Assembly: GCA_963767925.1 (NCBI GenBank)
Contig: CAVYGB010000002.1
Location: 1,344,001 to 1,408,000, forward strand
DNA from: an uncultured delta proteobacterium
Lineage (GTDB): Bacteria; Myxococcota_A; Polyangia; Fen-1088
Reading direction: 5' to 3'
Length of the DNA: 64,000 nucleotides
Shown: positions 29,187-42,228 of the stretch, one piece after another
How the letters are laid out: each line of letters starts with the position of its first letter
Position numbering within the stretch: the first letter of the stretch is position 1
Made by a program: the position numbers and the translations under genes
Notes under the pieces: generated by a model
What the model was told of the DNA's origin: nothing
Databases searched by the model: none
The model's input: only the letters and a program-made list of their open reading frames with translations

Positions 29187-29534
29187 TCACCTGGCGGGCT
29201 TGGACCGGGAGGCGTTCACGAAGCGCAGCCGCAGGTCGTAGAGCAGGTTCTCCAGGAGCTGGGCCTCGTTGGTGTTCAGGTTGCCGCGGGTCTTTTCCTC
29301 GAGCATCGACAGGAGGTCGATGCTGTGTTTGGCCAGGGGCAGGTTCTGGCTGGCGGCGCTGCCGTCCGGGGCCTCGACCTCCCCCAGGTGCATCAGGGTC
29401 GAGCTGCCGAGCGACAGCAGGAAGGTCGAGAAGTCGACCGGCGGCAGCCGCTCGCCGGGCCCCGACCCGGCCGCGGACGGCGGGCTCCCCGGCTCGGTCT
29501 GGTCGGCCTCGAACTCGTCCTCCGCGGATGACAT
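29187..29534 (-). CDS. DUF1844-like protein
   Basis: VDFSTFLLSL, LAKHSIDLLSMLEEKTRGNL, LYDLRLRFV. Confidence 0.85.
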   Translation of the reverse strand: MSSAEDEFEADQTEPGSPPSAAGSGPGERLPPVDFSTFLLSLGSSTLMHLGEVEAPDGSAASQNLPLAKHSIDLLSMLEEKTRGNLNTNEAQLLENLLYDLRLRFVNASRSKPAR

Positions 29535-29616
29535 AGCGCAAGGTTAAGCCCGTCACTCCGCGCTTTCAACACGGCCCGGCGCGATCGGCGGGCCGGACCG
29601 GACGCCGGGAGGGCGA

Positions 29617-30000
29617 TCAGGAGGTTTTGGGGGGCTCTTCGCTGGTCCCGTTGGTGGGGGCGGCCGGCTCCAGATCGTCGTCGTCCAGCTCCTCGATGTC
29701 GTCGTCCTCGTCCTCGTCGTCCTCGTCGTCCCCCACGTCGTCGTCCATGCGCAGCTCGGCCGAGCCGGGGGCGGGGGGGATGGCGATGATCGGCGTCGCC
29801 TGGTACTCGACCGGGCGGGGGGCGGAGGGGGCGATGTTCGAGGGGGGGGCGTCCTTGGGCGCGATCTTGTCGGTCACGTCCTCCAGGGTCTTGACGTGTT
29901 TCTCGACATCCTTGCGCGTGATGAGCCCCTTGCGGATGTTGCGCTCGACCGTGCGGATGTCGAACAGCTTCAGGGGTTTCGGCTCATCGTCGCGATTCAT
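29617..30000 (-). CDS. Hypothetical protein with highly acidic C-terminal tail
   Basis: Compact N-domain LFDIRTVERNIRKGLIT, then Pro-rich and D/E-rich tail. Confidence 0.8.
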   Translation of the reverse strand: MNRDDEPKPLKLFDIRTVERNIRKGLITRKDVEKHVKTLEDVTDKIAPKDAPPSNIAPSAPRPVEYQATPIIAIPPAPGSAELRMDDDVGDDEDDEDEDDDIEELDDDDLEPAAPTNGTSEEPPKTS

Positions 30001-30053
30001 GGGCTGTTCTGGTTAATGCACGAGGGGTTCCGAGTCAAGAGGACCTGGCGCCG

Positions 30054-30073
30054 ACCTGAACCGATTTTCAGGT
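30054..30073. promoter_or_regulatory. Palindromic operator ACCTGAA-N6-TTCAGGT (candidate myxobacterial LexA box)
   Basis: Perfect 7-bp inverted repeat in the divergent intergenic region. Confidence 0.45.
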
Positions 30074-30167
30074 AGCGGGCGGAGCGCGGCCCGGGAAACG
30101 ACCGGAGTTGATGGAAATAACCAGGGCAGCCGGGTAGTTCTATGGGGCCACGCCCGAGGGAGCTTCA

Positions 30168-31153
<986 letters not shown>

Positions 31154-31175
31154 CCGTTCCCGCCGGCCGCGCCCA

Positions 31176-32061
31176 ATGTTGACCCGCGAGCTGCTCAAGA
31201 AGATCCGCAGCATCGAGATCGTCACCGCGCGGCTGGTGCGCGATCAGCTCGCCGGGCAGTACCACTCGGTGTTCAAGGGGCCGCGGCATCGCCTTCTCCG
31301 AGGTGCGCCAGTACACGCCGGGCGACGACATCCGCCCGATCGACTGGAACGTCACGGCCCGCATGAACGAGCCGTACGTGAAGCTGTTCATCGAGGAGCG
31401 CGAGATGACCGTGCTCCTGCTGGTCGACATGTCGGCCTCCGGGCACTTCGGCTCGCGCGCGCAGGAGAAGCGCGAGCTGGCCGCCGAGCTGGCGGCGCTG
31501 TTCGCGTTCTCCGCCATCCGCAACAACGACCGCGTCGGGCTGATCATCTTCACCGACGAGGTCGAGCGCTTCGTGCCGCCCAAGAAGGGCAAGAAACACG
31601 TGCTGCGCGTGATCAGCGAGATCCTGTCGTTCCAGCCGCGTTCGCCGCGCACCTCGATCGCGCGGGGCCCTCGACTTCCTGGGGCGCATCGCCCGCCGGC
31701 GGGCGGTGGCCTTCCTGATCTCCGACTTCCTGGCGCCCTGCCGAGCTACGAGCGCTCGCTGCGCATCGCCGCCCGCCGCCACGACCTGGTCCCGGTCACG
31801 GTGACCGACCCGCTCGAGGAGGGCTTCCCCCCGGTCGGCCTGGTCGAGCTCGAGGATCCCGAGACCGGCGAGGTGCTGGTGTTCGACACCTCGGGGCCGG
31901 AGGCGCGGGCCTTCGCCGCCCACAGCCGCAAGGTGCGGGAGGGGCGCGAGGCGCTCTGGAAGCGGCTCTCGCTCGACGCCATCACCCTGCGCACCGACCG
32001 CCCCTACCTGCAGGCGCTGACGGGGTTCTTCGAGGCGCGCTCCCGGAGGCTGCGGCACTGA
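31176..32061 (+). CDS. DUF58 family protein (frameshifted)
   Basis: [41 protein letters not shown]. Confidence 0.92.
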
Positions 32062-32063
32062 CC

Positions 32064-33144
32064 ATGCGCTGGCTGACCGTGGCGATGTTGCTGCTCTTTC
32101 CGGGGCCGCTCCGGGCGCAGCCGGCGGCGGGCCCCCCTCCCGAGGGCGCGGCGCCCGGCTCGACGGCGCCGGTCCCCGCCCCGGCAGCGGCGCCGACCCC
32201 TGCGGCGCCCGGCAACGCGGTCCCCGCCGACGCGCCAACCGTGGCCGCCCGGCTGGATCGGGCCGAGGGGCGGGTGGGCGACCTCTTCACCCTGTCGGTG
32301 ACCTCGGTGGGGCCGCGCAACGTCTCGACCAACCTGCCGACCCAGCTCGACCTCACCCCCTTCGAGGTGGTGGGCGGCGACCCCGAGCTCGAGGCGACCG
32401 ACCTCGGCGACGGGCGGGTGCGCCGGACCTTCTCCCTGAAGGTGGCGGCCTACGAGCCGGGGGAGCTGGCGCTGCCCCCCATCCCGGTGACCTACATCGG
32501 CACCGGCGGCCACGTGCTGTCGCGCCGGACCGAGCCGGTGCCGGTCAAGATCACGAGCCTGCTGGCCAACGAGCCGGACCCCCAGCTCAAGGACCCGGCC
32601 GCGCCGGTGGCCGTCTACAAGGAAGACCTCACGCTGGCCTACATCGCGGCGGGCCTGGTGGCGGCCGCGCTCGGCGGCCTCATCGCCATCGCCGTGCGCC
32701 GCCGCCTGCGCAACCGGGCGGCCTTCCGGCCGGCCCCGCCGCCCCGCCCGGCCCACGAGGTCGCCCTCGAGCGGCTCGACCGCCTGGCCGAGACCGGGCT
32801 GGCTCCCGGCTCGGACAAGCAGCTCTTCTACTTTCAGCTCTCGGAGATCGTCGCGCGACTACCTCGGCGCGCGTTTCGGCTTCCTGGCCCTCGAGATGAC
32901 GACCGAGGAGCTGATCGAGGACCTGCAGCGGCGGGCGCCCCGGGGCCTGGTGATGGGCGAGGTGGCGGGCTGGCTGGCTGGCTGTGACCTGGTCAAGTTC
33001 GCCAAGGTCACGCCGAGCGACTTCGAGGCCCGCGGCGCGCTGGAGACCGCCATCCGCATCGTCGAGGCCACCCGCCCGCGCCCCGAGCCGCAGGTCGGTG
33101 AGGGCCGCCCGGTGCCGGCCCCCGAGGAGACGGCCCACCCATGA
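32064..33144 (+). CDS. Bat-operon exported/membrane protein (frameshift near 32850)
   Basis: Signal peptide, Ig-like beta region, TM, PAHEVALERL, MTTEEL, DLVKFAK. Confidence 0.8.
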
Positions 33145-34229
33145 GCGCGCCCCCACCGCCCCCCCGCTCGCCGATCCCCTACGCGCTGATCGCCCTGGTG
33201 TTCGTGCCGGCGACCGCCGCCTATCTCTGGTTCCTGCGCACGCTGGAGAGCTTCCGCTTCGCCCACCCCGGGGCCCTGGCGCTCATCCCGATCGCGGTGG
33301 CCCTGGTGCTGTGGGCGGGAGTGCGGCGGGGGCCGGGCCGCCGGGCGGTGCTGATGCACCCGCGCACCGGTGAGCTGTCGAGCGCGGGCCGCGGCTTCTG
33401 GGTCCGGCTGGCCGAGCTGCCCCTGGTGCTGCGCCTGCTGGTGGTGGTGCTGGTCGGGATCGTGCTCGCCCGCCCCCAGACCGCTCGCCCCGACGAGGAC
33501 TTCGACGTCGAGGGGATCGACATCGTCATCACCCTCGACCTGTCGGGGTCGATGGCGGAGACCGATCTGCTGCCCAACCGCCTGGTCGCCGCCAAGCAGG
33601 TCATCCGGGACTTCGTGCGCCGCCGCCGCACCGACCGCATCGGGCTGGTCGTGTTCGCCCGCGACGCCTACACCTACGTGCCGCTCACCCTCGACCACGG
33701 CGCCCTGCTGCGCCTGCTGTCGGAGCTGGAGCTGAACCTCATCGACGGCAAGGGGACGGCGATCGGCAACGGCCTGGGGGTGGCCCTGGCCCGCCTGCGC
33801 CGCTCGGACGCCCGCTCGAAGGTGATCATCCTGCTGACCGACGGGGACAACAACGCCGGCAACATCACCCCCTCGAAGGCCGCCTCGATGGCCCAGCAGA
33901 TGGGGGTCAAGATCTACACCGTGCTGGCGGGGGACAACGACAGCTCCGACCTGCCCGAGCAGCCGGGCGTCCCCCGCCGGCGCTTCCCGGTCAACCCCAA
34001 GCTGCTCGAGGAGATCGCGACCATGACCGGCGGCACCCCCTACCTGGCCACCGACAGCGTGGCCCTGGCCCGGCGGTTCCAGGCCATCCTCGAGGATCTG
34101 GAGAAGGCCCGCATCAAGGAGCGGGGCGTGCTGTACGCCGAGCTGTTCCCCCGCTTCCTGGCCCCCGCCATCTTCCTCCTCCTGCTGGAGATCCTCCTCC
34201 GGCTCACCCGCTTGCGGCGCCTGCCATGA
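33141..34229 (+). CDS. batA: BatA-like VWA membrane protein
   Basis: LARPQ, MIDAS DLSGSM, DRIGLVVF, TAIGNGL, ILLTDGDNNAG. Confidence 0.88.
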   Translation: MSAPPPPPRSPIPYALIALVFVPATAAYLWFLRTLESFRFAHPGALALIPIAVALVLWAGVRRGPGRRAVLMHPRTGELSSAGRGFWVRLAELPLVLRLLVVVLVGIVLARPQTARPDEDFDVEGIDIVITLDLSGSMAETDLLPNRLVAAKQVIRDFVRRRRTDRIGLVVFARDAYTYVPLTLDHGALLRLLSELELNLIDGKGTAIGNGLGVALARLRRSDARSKVIILLTDGDNNAGNITPSKAASMAQQMGVKIYTVLAGDNDSSDLPEQPGVPRRRFPVNPKLLEEIATMTGGTPYLATDSVALARRFQAILEDLEKARIKERGVLYAELFPRFLAPAIFLLLLEILLRLTRLRRLP

Positions 34230-35254
34230 GACTCGCCCAGCCCCAGATGCTCTGGCTCCTGCTCCTGGTGCCCATCGTGGTGCTGGGCTGGGTGGTGGCC
34301 TTCACCCGGCGCCGGCGCCTGCTCGAGCGGATGGGCGGGCGGGTGCTGATCGAGCGGATGGCGGCCAGCGTGTCGGTGCCGCGCAAGATCCTGCGGGCCA
34401 CCCTCACGACGGCGGCCTTCGCCCTGCTGGTGCTGGCCCTGGCCCGCCCCCAGGCGGGCGGCAAGGCCAAGCTCGAGCGCCAGCGCGGCCTGGACATGGT
34501 GGTGGTCCTCGACTTCTCCAAGTCGATGCTCGCCCGCGACATCTACCCCTCGCGGCTCGAGCGGGCCAAGCGCGAGCTCGAGCGGCTGATGGACCGGCTG
34601 GCGGGCGACCGCATCGGGCTGGTGGCCTTCGCCGGCGAGACCATGACCTACCCGCCCACCACCGACTACGCGGCGGTGAAGCTGTTCTGGCGCGACCTGC
34701 AGCCGGCCGACCTGCCGGTGGGGGGGACCGCCATCGGGCGGGCCCTGCGGGTGGCCCTCGACCAGCTCGTGCGCCTGCGGGGCAAGGCCGGGGACACCCG
34801 CAGCCAGGTCATCCTGCTGCTCACCGACGGGGAGGACACCGAGAGCGAGCCGCTGCAGGTGGCGGAGCAGGCGGCCAAGCTGGGGGTGAAGATCTTCGCG
34901 GTGGGGATCGGGTCCCGCTCGGGCGAGCTGGTGCCCCAGGTCAACGAGGACGGTCAGGTGACCGGCTACCTCAAGGACGGGGACGGCAAATACGTGACCT
35001 CGCGCCTGGCCGAGGACATGCTGGCCAAGCTGGCCGCGGTGACGAGCGGCGAATACCTGCGGGCCGACGTCAAGCGGTTCGGGGTGGAGTCGGTCGAGCT
35101 GGCCCTGGCCAGCCTCAAGCGCACCGAAAACGAGGCCCGACTGGTCAAGCAATACGACGATATTTACGAGATACTGCTGCTGCCGGCGTTCCTGCTGCTG
35201 GTCGGTGAGGCCTGCATGAACGAGCGGCGGCGCAAGGTTGTGGCTCGATCATGA
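34226..35254 (+). CDS. batB: BatB-like VWA membrane protein
   Basis: DFSKSMLARDIYPSRLERAK, GDRIGLVAFAG, LLTDGED. Confidence 0.88.
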   Translation: MRLAQPQMLWLLLLVPIVVLGWVVAFTRRRRLLERMGGRVLIERMAASVSVPRKILRATLTTAAFALLVLALARPQAGGKAKLERQRGLDMVVVLDFSKSMLARDIYPSRLERAKRELERLMDRLAGDRIGLVAFAGETMTYPPTTDYAAVKLFWRDLQPADLPVGGTAIGRALRVALDQLVRLRGKAGDTRSQVILLLTDGEDTESEPLQVAEQAAKLGVKIFAVGIGSRSGELVPQVNEDGQVTGYLKDGDGKYVTSRLAEDMLAKLAAVTSGEYLRADVKRFGVESVELALASLKRTENEARLVKQYDDIYEILLLPAFLLLVGEACMNERRRKVVARS

Positions 35255-36186
35255 GACGCGGATACACCGTGCTGCTGACCTTCGTGGTCCTCGCGCCGAT
35301 GCTGGCCGGGGTGGACCTGCTGCTGCGTCGCAGCCCCATCGTCGAGCAGGGCAACGGGCACATGAAGGCGGGCAAGGCCGAAGAGGCGCTCGCCGACTAC
35401 GACAAGGCGCTCGGCGAGAGCCCCACCGAGCCGGGGGTCCACTTCAACCGGGGGACCGCGCTCTACGGCCTTAGCCGCTGGGAGGAGGCGGGCCAGGCCT
35501 TCCTGCGCGCCACCGAGGCGCGCACGCCCGACCTGAAGGGGGCGGCCTTCTACAACCTCGGCAACGCGTTTTACCAGGGGCAGAAGTACGAGGAGGCGGC
35601 GCAGGCCTTCAAGAAGGCGCTCGCCTACAACCCGGGGGACGTCAAGGCCAAGTGGAACCTGGAGCTGGCCCTCCGCAAGAAGAAGGAAGAGGAGAAGAAG
35701 AAGGAGGACCAGAAGAACAACCAGGACCAGAAGGACCAGAAGGACAAGGACCAGAACCAGAAGGACCCGGACGACAAGGACAAGCCGGAGGAGCAGAAGG
35801 GCGACGAGAAGAAGGAGCCCGGCAAGGAGGACCAGCAAAAGGACCCCGGCCAGGACCAGAACCAGCAGAACAAAGACGACAAGCAGGATCAGCCGCCGCA
35901 AGATCCCGGGCAGCCAGAGCAGCAGCAGGCCAAGCAGGATCCGCCCAAGCCCCCCGAGCCCAAGCCCGGGCAAGGGCAGCAGCAGCCTCAGCCCAAGCCC
36001 GAGCCGGACAAGCAGGCCAAGAACCAGGGGCCCGGCCAGCAGGGCAAGGAGCCGCCCAACCCCCCCGGTGACGTCGCCGAGATGGAGGCCATCCTCGACA
36101 ACCTCGAGCGCAGCCCCAAGGTGCTCGAGCAGGAGCTGGCCCGCCTGCGCGCCCTCAACCGCAAGCCCCCCGCCAAGGACTGGTAG
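35251..36186 (+). CDS. batC: BatC-like TPR protein with Q/K/D/P low-complexity tail
   Basis: TPRs (FNRG, YNLGNA), AKWNLELA, low-complexity linker, C-terminal KDW. Confidence 0.85.
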   Translation: MRRGYTVLLTFVVLAPMLAGVDLLLRRSPIVEQGNGHMKAGKAEEALADYDKALGESPTEPGVHFNRGTALYGLSRWEEAGQAFLRATEARTPDLKGAAFYNLGNAFYQGQKYEEAAQAFKKALAYNPGDVKAKWNLELALRKKKEEEKKKEDQKNNQDQKDQKDKDQNQKDPDDKDKPEEQKGDEKKEPGKEDQQKDPGQDQNQQNKDDKQDQPPQDPGQPEQQQAKQDPPKPPEPKPGQGQQQPQPKPEPDKQAKNQGPGQQGKEPPNPPGDVAEMEAILDNLERSPKVLEQELARLRALNRKPPAKDW

Positions 36187-36191
36187 ACCCC

Positions 36192-38160
36192 GTGCGCGCG
36201 GCAGAGGAGAGGAACGAAGGCGCCGCCAGCAAGGGTAAACGGCCGCGGGCGTGGTGCCGGCGCTGGTTCCCGCTGGCCGCCCTGGCCGCGTCGGCGCTGC
36301 TGCCGGCCCCGGCCGCCCAGGCGGCGGAGACCTTCCTCGCCAAGACCGATCGTACCGAGATGAACCTCGGCGAGGTGCTGATCCTCGAGGTGACGCTGTC
36401 GCTCAACGACGGCCAGGCCGACGCCTACAAGCCGCCCGAGCTGCGCAACGACTTCCGGGTGGCCAGCGCGATGCCCAGCCGGTCGACGCAGATCCAGATG
36501 GGCGGCGGCACCAGCCTCATCCAGAACATCTACACCTGGCGCTACGAGCTGTCGCCCATCCGCAGCGGCCGGCTCACCATCCCGCCGGCCCAGGTGCGGG
36601 CCAACGGGCGCGAGCTGCGCACCTTGCCGATCGCAGATCACCGTGAACGCCGGCGACCTGCGTCCTGGCAGCGCGGCGGCCGCCCCTCCGCCGGGCCAGC
36701 CGCCGCCCGGGCAGCCGCCCCGCCCGCGCCGGCCGCGCTCGCCCTTCGCCGACCTGTTCGGCGACGAGGCGGCGGTGCCGGCGCCGGCCAGCGGCGAGGG
36801 CAGCTTCGTGCGGGCGGCGGCGGACAAGACCAAGGTCTACGTCGGCGAGCAGGTGGTTGTGGAGTGGCTGCTCTACCTCACCGACCGGCAGGACAAGTAC
36901 CAGGCCCTCACCGAGCCGCGCACCGACGGCTTCTGGAGCGAGGACCTCACGGTCCCCCACAACCAGGGCAGCCTGGCCCTCACCCAGCAGATGTACCAGG
37001 GGCGCCTCTACCTGGTGGCGCCGCTGACCCGCAAGGCCCTGTTTCCCCTGCAGTCGGGCAAGCTGACCGTCACCCCGCTCGAGTCGGAGATCTCCCAGAT
37101 CGACTTCTTCGGGCGCAACCTGCGCACCGAGCGGCTCAAGGCCCCGCCGGTCGAGATCGAGGTCCTGCCCTTGCCGGCGGGCAAGCCCGAGGGGTTCGAT
37201 CCGGCCAACGTGGGCCTGTTTTCCCTCGACGCCCGCATCGACCGGAACAAGGTGGCGGTCGGTGAGGCGGTCACCCTGCTGGTGACGGCGGTCGGGCAGG
37301 GGAACCTGCGCAAGCTGGCGCTGCCCAAGCTGGCGCCGCTGACCGGCTGGAAGACCTACGAGCCGAAGGTCGACGTCAAGATCGAGAACGAAAACGGGAT
37401 CGCCGGCACCAAGTCGGTCGAATACCTGCTGCTGCCCGAGCGGCCCGGCCAGACCGTGTTGCCCCAGCTCGCGTTTCACTTCTTCGACCCCACGGGGCGC
37501 CGGTACGTGACCCAGAAGACGCCCGCCCTGCGCATCGAGGTGACGGGCGAGGCCCGGGCCCCGGGGCGCCCGCTGGCGGCGGCGCCGGGGGCGGCGCTCG
37601 GAGGGCTGGAGAACGTGCTCGCCGCCGAGATCCGCCCGCCCCGCACCCGCCCGGTCCTGCGCCGGGACCTGGGGGCCACGCTCTACACGTCGCCGACCTT
37701 CTTCTGGACGCTGCTCGCGCCGCCGGCGCTGTTCGGGGTCACGGTGGTGGTGGGGCGGCTGCGCGAGCGCTGGGGCCAGGACACCGAGCGGGGACGGCGG
37801 CGCAAGACCCGCCGGCTGATCCGGGACCACCTGCGGGCGGCCGAGGGCCACCTGACGGGCAATCGCCCGGGCGACTTTTACATCGAGATCGATCGGGTGC
37901 TGCGCGAGGTGCTGACCGCCCGCCTGCGCCGGCCCATCGCCGGCCTGCCCCGGGACGAGCTGGCCGCCTCCATCGCCGGCAGCGGCCTGGGGCCCGATCT
38001 GGCCGAGCGCGTGCTGACCGAGCTGGACGCCAGCGACCGGGCCCGCTTCGCCCCCGGCACCGTGGGGGAGAGCGAGATGCGCGCCTCGCTCGAGCGGGCC
38101 GCCGAGCTGATCCTGCAGATCGAGAAGGCGCCCGAGCGGGCGGGCCGGGAGGCGGCGTGA
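36192..38160 (+). CDS. batD: BatD-like protein (frameshift near 36635)
   Basis: Signal peptide, GRLTIPPA, KVYVGEQV, NVGLFSL, GQGNL, FFDP, TM, RARFAP. Confidence 0.85.
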
Positions 38161-38912
38161 GGGCGGCGGCCGCGCTGATCGCCGTGCTGCTGCTCGCCAG
38201 CGGCACCGCCCGGGCCGACCGGGTCGACGAGGCCTGGAAGCGGGGCAACGACGCCTACTTCAACGGCGACTACGCGGCGGCCCTGGCGGCCTACGAGCAG
38301 CTCGACCGTCAGGGGGTGATGTCGGCCGACCTGTTTTACAACCTGGGGGTGGCCTACTTCCGCCTCGGCAACCTGGGGCGGGCCATCTGGGCCTTCGAGC
38401 GGGCCCTGGCCCTCGAGCCGGAGGCGGAGGACGCGCGCTTCAACCTGGCCCAGGCGCGCAAGCAGGCCGAGCGCCGGGCCATCGACAAGATCGAGGGCGC
38501 CCAGAGCGAGCCGCTCTGGATCCGGGTCGTCACGGCCATCCCGGTCTCCACCCAGACCTGGCTGTTCTTGCTGATGTACCTGGGCGCCTTCGCGATGCTG
38601 TTCATCCGGCGCCGCTCGGCCGACGACCTGCGGGCCCCGCTGGGGGCGGCGGCGGCGCTGCTGGGGGTGGGGGCGGCGCTGGCCGGCACGCTCCTGATGG
38701 GGCGGACCGCGCTCGAGCGCATCCCCTTCGGGGTGGTGCTGCCCGACGAGGTGGCGGTCAAGGAGGGGGCCGACCCCAACTACCGCACCAGCTTCGAGGT
38801 GCACGCCGGGCTGCGCGTGCGCCTGCTCGAGCGCGAGCAGGACTGGATCCGGATCCGCCTGGCCAACGGGCTGGAAGGCTGGGTCCGGGACGCGGCCCTG
38901 GGTCGATTGTAG
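38157..38912 (+). CDS. batE: BatE-like TPR + SH3 protein
   Basis: GNDAY, YNLGVAYFRLG, DARFNL, C-terminal WIRIRLANGLEGWV. Confidence 0.85.
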   Translation: MRAAAALIAVLLLASGTARADRVDEAWKRGNDAYFNGDYAAALAAYEQLDRQGVMSADLFYNLGVAYFRLGNLGRAIWAFERALALEPEAEDARFNLAQARKQAERRAIDKIEGAQSEPLWIRVVTAIPVSTQTWLFLLMYLGAFAMLFIRRRSADDLRAPLGAAAALLGVGAALAGTLLMGRTALERIPFGVVLPDEVAVKEGADPNYRTSFEVHAGLRVRLLEREQDWIRIRLANGLEGWVRDAALGRL

Positions 38913-40083
38913 GTGTTCTCGCGGCGGCTCGACTGGCAGGTGGCGGACAACCCGCTGGCCGCGCTCGAGCGCCAGCGGCGGGCGGCGGGGCACAAGGTCG
39001 TCGATCTCACGGTGTCCAACCCGACCGCGGTGGGGCTGCCCGCGCGCGACGGGGCCCTGGCGGCCGCCCTGGCCAGCCCGGGGGTGGCCCGCCACCAGCC
39101 GGCGCCGCTGGGACCCCTGCCGGCCCGGCGCCTGGTGGCCGGCGAATACGCGGCGCCTGGGGGCGGAGGTGGCGCCCGAGCGGATCGTGCTCACCGCCAG
39201 CTCGAGCGAGTCGTACGCCCTGCTGTTCAAGCTGCTGGCCGACCCGGGCGACACCGTGCTGGTGCCGCAGCCGAGCTACCCCTTGTTCGACCACCTGGCC
39301 CGGCTCGAGGGGCTGGTCATCCGCCCCTACCGGCTGGCCTTCGACGGCGCCTGGCACCTCGACTGGTCGAGCCTCGCGCTCGAAGGGGCCCGGGCCCTGG
39401 TGCTGTGCAACCCCAACAACCCGACCGGGTCCTTCCTGCGCCGGGACGAGCTGGCCCGCCTGGGCGCGGAGGCGGCCCGCGCCGGCCTGGCGCTGATCGT
39501 CGACGAGGTCTTCGCCGACTACGCCTTCGCCGCGCCGGCCGACGCGGTCGTCACGATGGCGGCCGAGCCGCTGCCGGCCCTCACCTTCGCGCTCGGCGGG
39601 CTGTCCAGCAGCTGCGGCTTGCCCCAGATGAAGCTGGGCTGGCTGGCGGCGCTCGGCCCGCCGCCGCTCGCCGAGGCCGCCCTGGCCCGCCTCGAGCTGA
39701 TCGCCGACACCTACCTCTCGGTCGGCACGCCGGTGCTGCAGGCCCTGCCCGGGTTGCTCGCTGCCGGCGCCGCCATCCGCAAGGACGTCCGGGGACGCCT
39801 CGCGGCCAGCCGCGCCGCCCTGGCCGCCGCCTTCCCGGCCGGCTCGCCGGTCAGCGTGTTGCCGGTGGAGGCGGGCTGGTCGGCCATCTTGCGCCTGCCG
39901 GCGGTGCGCAGCGACGAGCAGTGGGCGTTCGACCTGCTCGACCGCGACGGCCTGCTGGTCCAGCCCGGCTGCTTCTTCGCCCTCGCCCACCTCGGCAGCC
40001 CGATCGTGATCAGCCTCCTGACCCCGCCCGCCGACCTCGCCCCCGCCCTGCCAGCCATCGCCGCGGCCGCGGCCGCGGTCTAA
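38913..40083 (+). CDS. Class I/II PLP-dependent aminotransferase-like protein (frameshift near 39160; PLP Lys appears replaced)
   Basis: DLTVSNPT, TASSSESY, PSYPLF, NPNNPTG, DEVF, GLSSSCGLPQMKLGW. Confidence 0.85.
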
Positions 40084-40090
40084 TGGACGC

Positions 40091-40624
40091 CTAGTGATCC
40101 TTCATCAGCGGGGGGCTGGGGACGCCGCGGAGGTGCTCGACGACGCTCTCTTCCAGGAGCTCTTGCATGGTCTGACCGCCGTAGCGGGCGGCGATGCGGT
40201 CGTCGTAGTCGTCGGCCACGATGGCGAAGTCGCGGATGGTGGCCATGAACTCTTCCTCGTCGCTCAGCTCGCGGTCGGCCATGGTGTGACAGAAGAGGAT
40301 GACGTCGCCGGCCGGCACGAAGGCGAACGCTCCGAAGCGCAGGATCGCGTTGGTCTCCAGCAGCTCGAGCGCGAGCTGCACCTCCATGGTGACGCCCTTG
40401 ACGAGCTGGGCCACCAGACGGACCACGGCGTGGGTCTGGCGCCAGGGGTGCACGGTCACCATCAGCAGCGTCGAGCCCTGCTTGATCACGTAGAGCGCGT
40501 CGTCGATCTTCCGATAGGCGGGGCTCTTGGAGAGCAGCTCCTCGACGCGGTGGCAGGCGCGGCGGACCGCCGCGCTCTTGACCGCCGACTGAGGCCCGGT
40601 CTTGCTGCCGCTGATGATGTTCAT
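40091..40624 (-). CDS. YbjN/T3SS-chaperone-fold protein
   Basis: LELLETNAILRFGAF, ADDYDDRIAARYGG pattern. Confidence 0.65.
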   Translation of the reverse strand: MNIISGSKTGPQSAVKSAAVRRACHRVEELLSKSPAYRKIDDALYVIKQGSTLLMVTVHPWRQTHAVVRLVAQLVKGVTMEVQLALELLETNAILRFGAFAFVPAGDVILFCHTMADRELSDEEEFMATIRDFAIVADDYDDRIAARYGGQTMQELLEESVVEHLRGVPSPPLMKDH

Positions 40625-40778
40625 CCCCTTATCGGTATCACGGATGGGGCCCGCCGAGAACCCGCCGGCGCGGCGGCGGCGTCCCGCTGGGTTCCCTCGC
40701 CGGCGTCGGGTGCGGTGCGTACGCCCCGCTGCGAGATAGACCTACGCTCGGGGCGCGCGCGACGCGCGACGTTCGACG

Positions 40779-42193
<1,415 letters not shown>

Positions 42194-42228
42194 GGACGGA
42201 GCCCGGGGCACAGGCTACGTCCCGGGGG

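Noticed and set aside
24764..29536. 1590-aa plus-strand ORF and other very long R/G/A/P-rich ORFs (e.g. 48251-51595, 24597-27704)
   Set aside because: Off-frame or antisense shadows of real genes in high-GC DNA, with no domain motifs.
35680..36060. Low-GC-looking, purine-rich stretch as foreign DNA
   Set aside because: It is the Q/K/D/E-rich low-complexity linker typical of BatC proteins.
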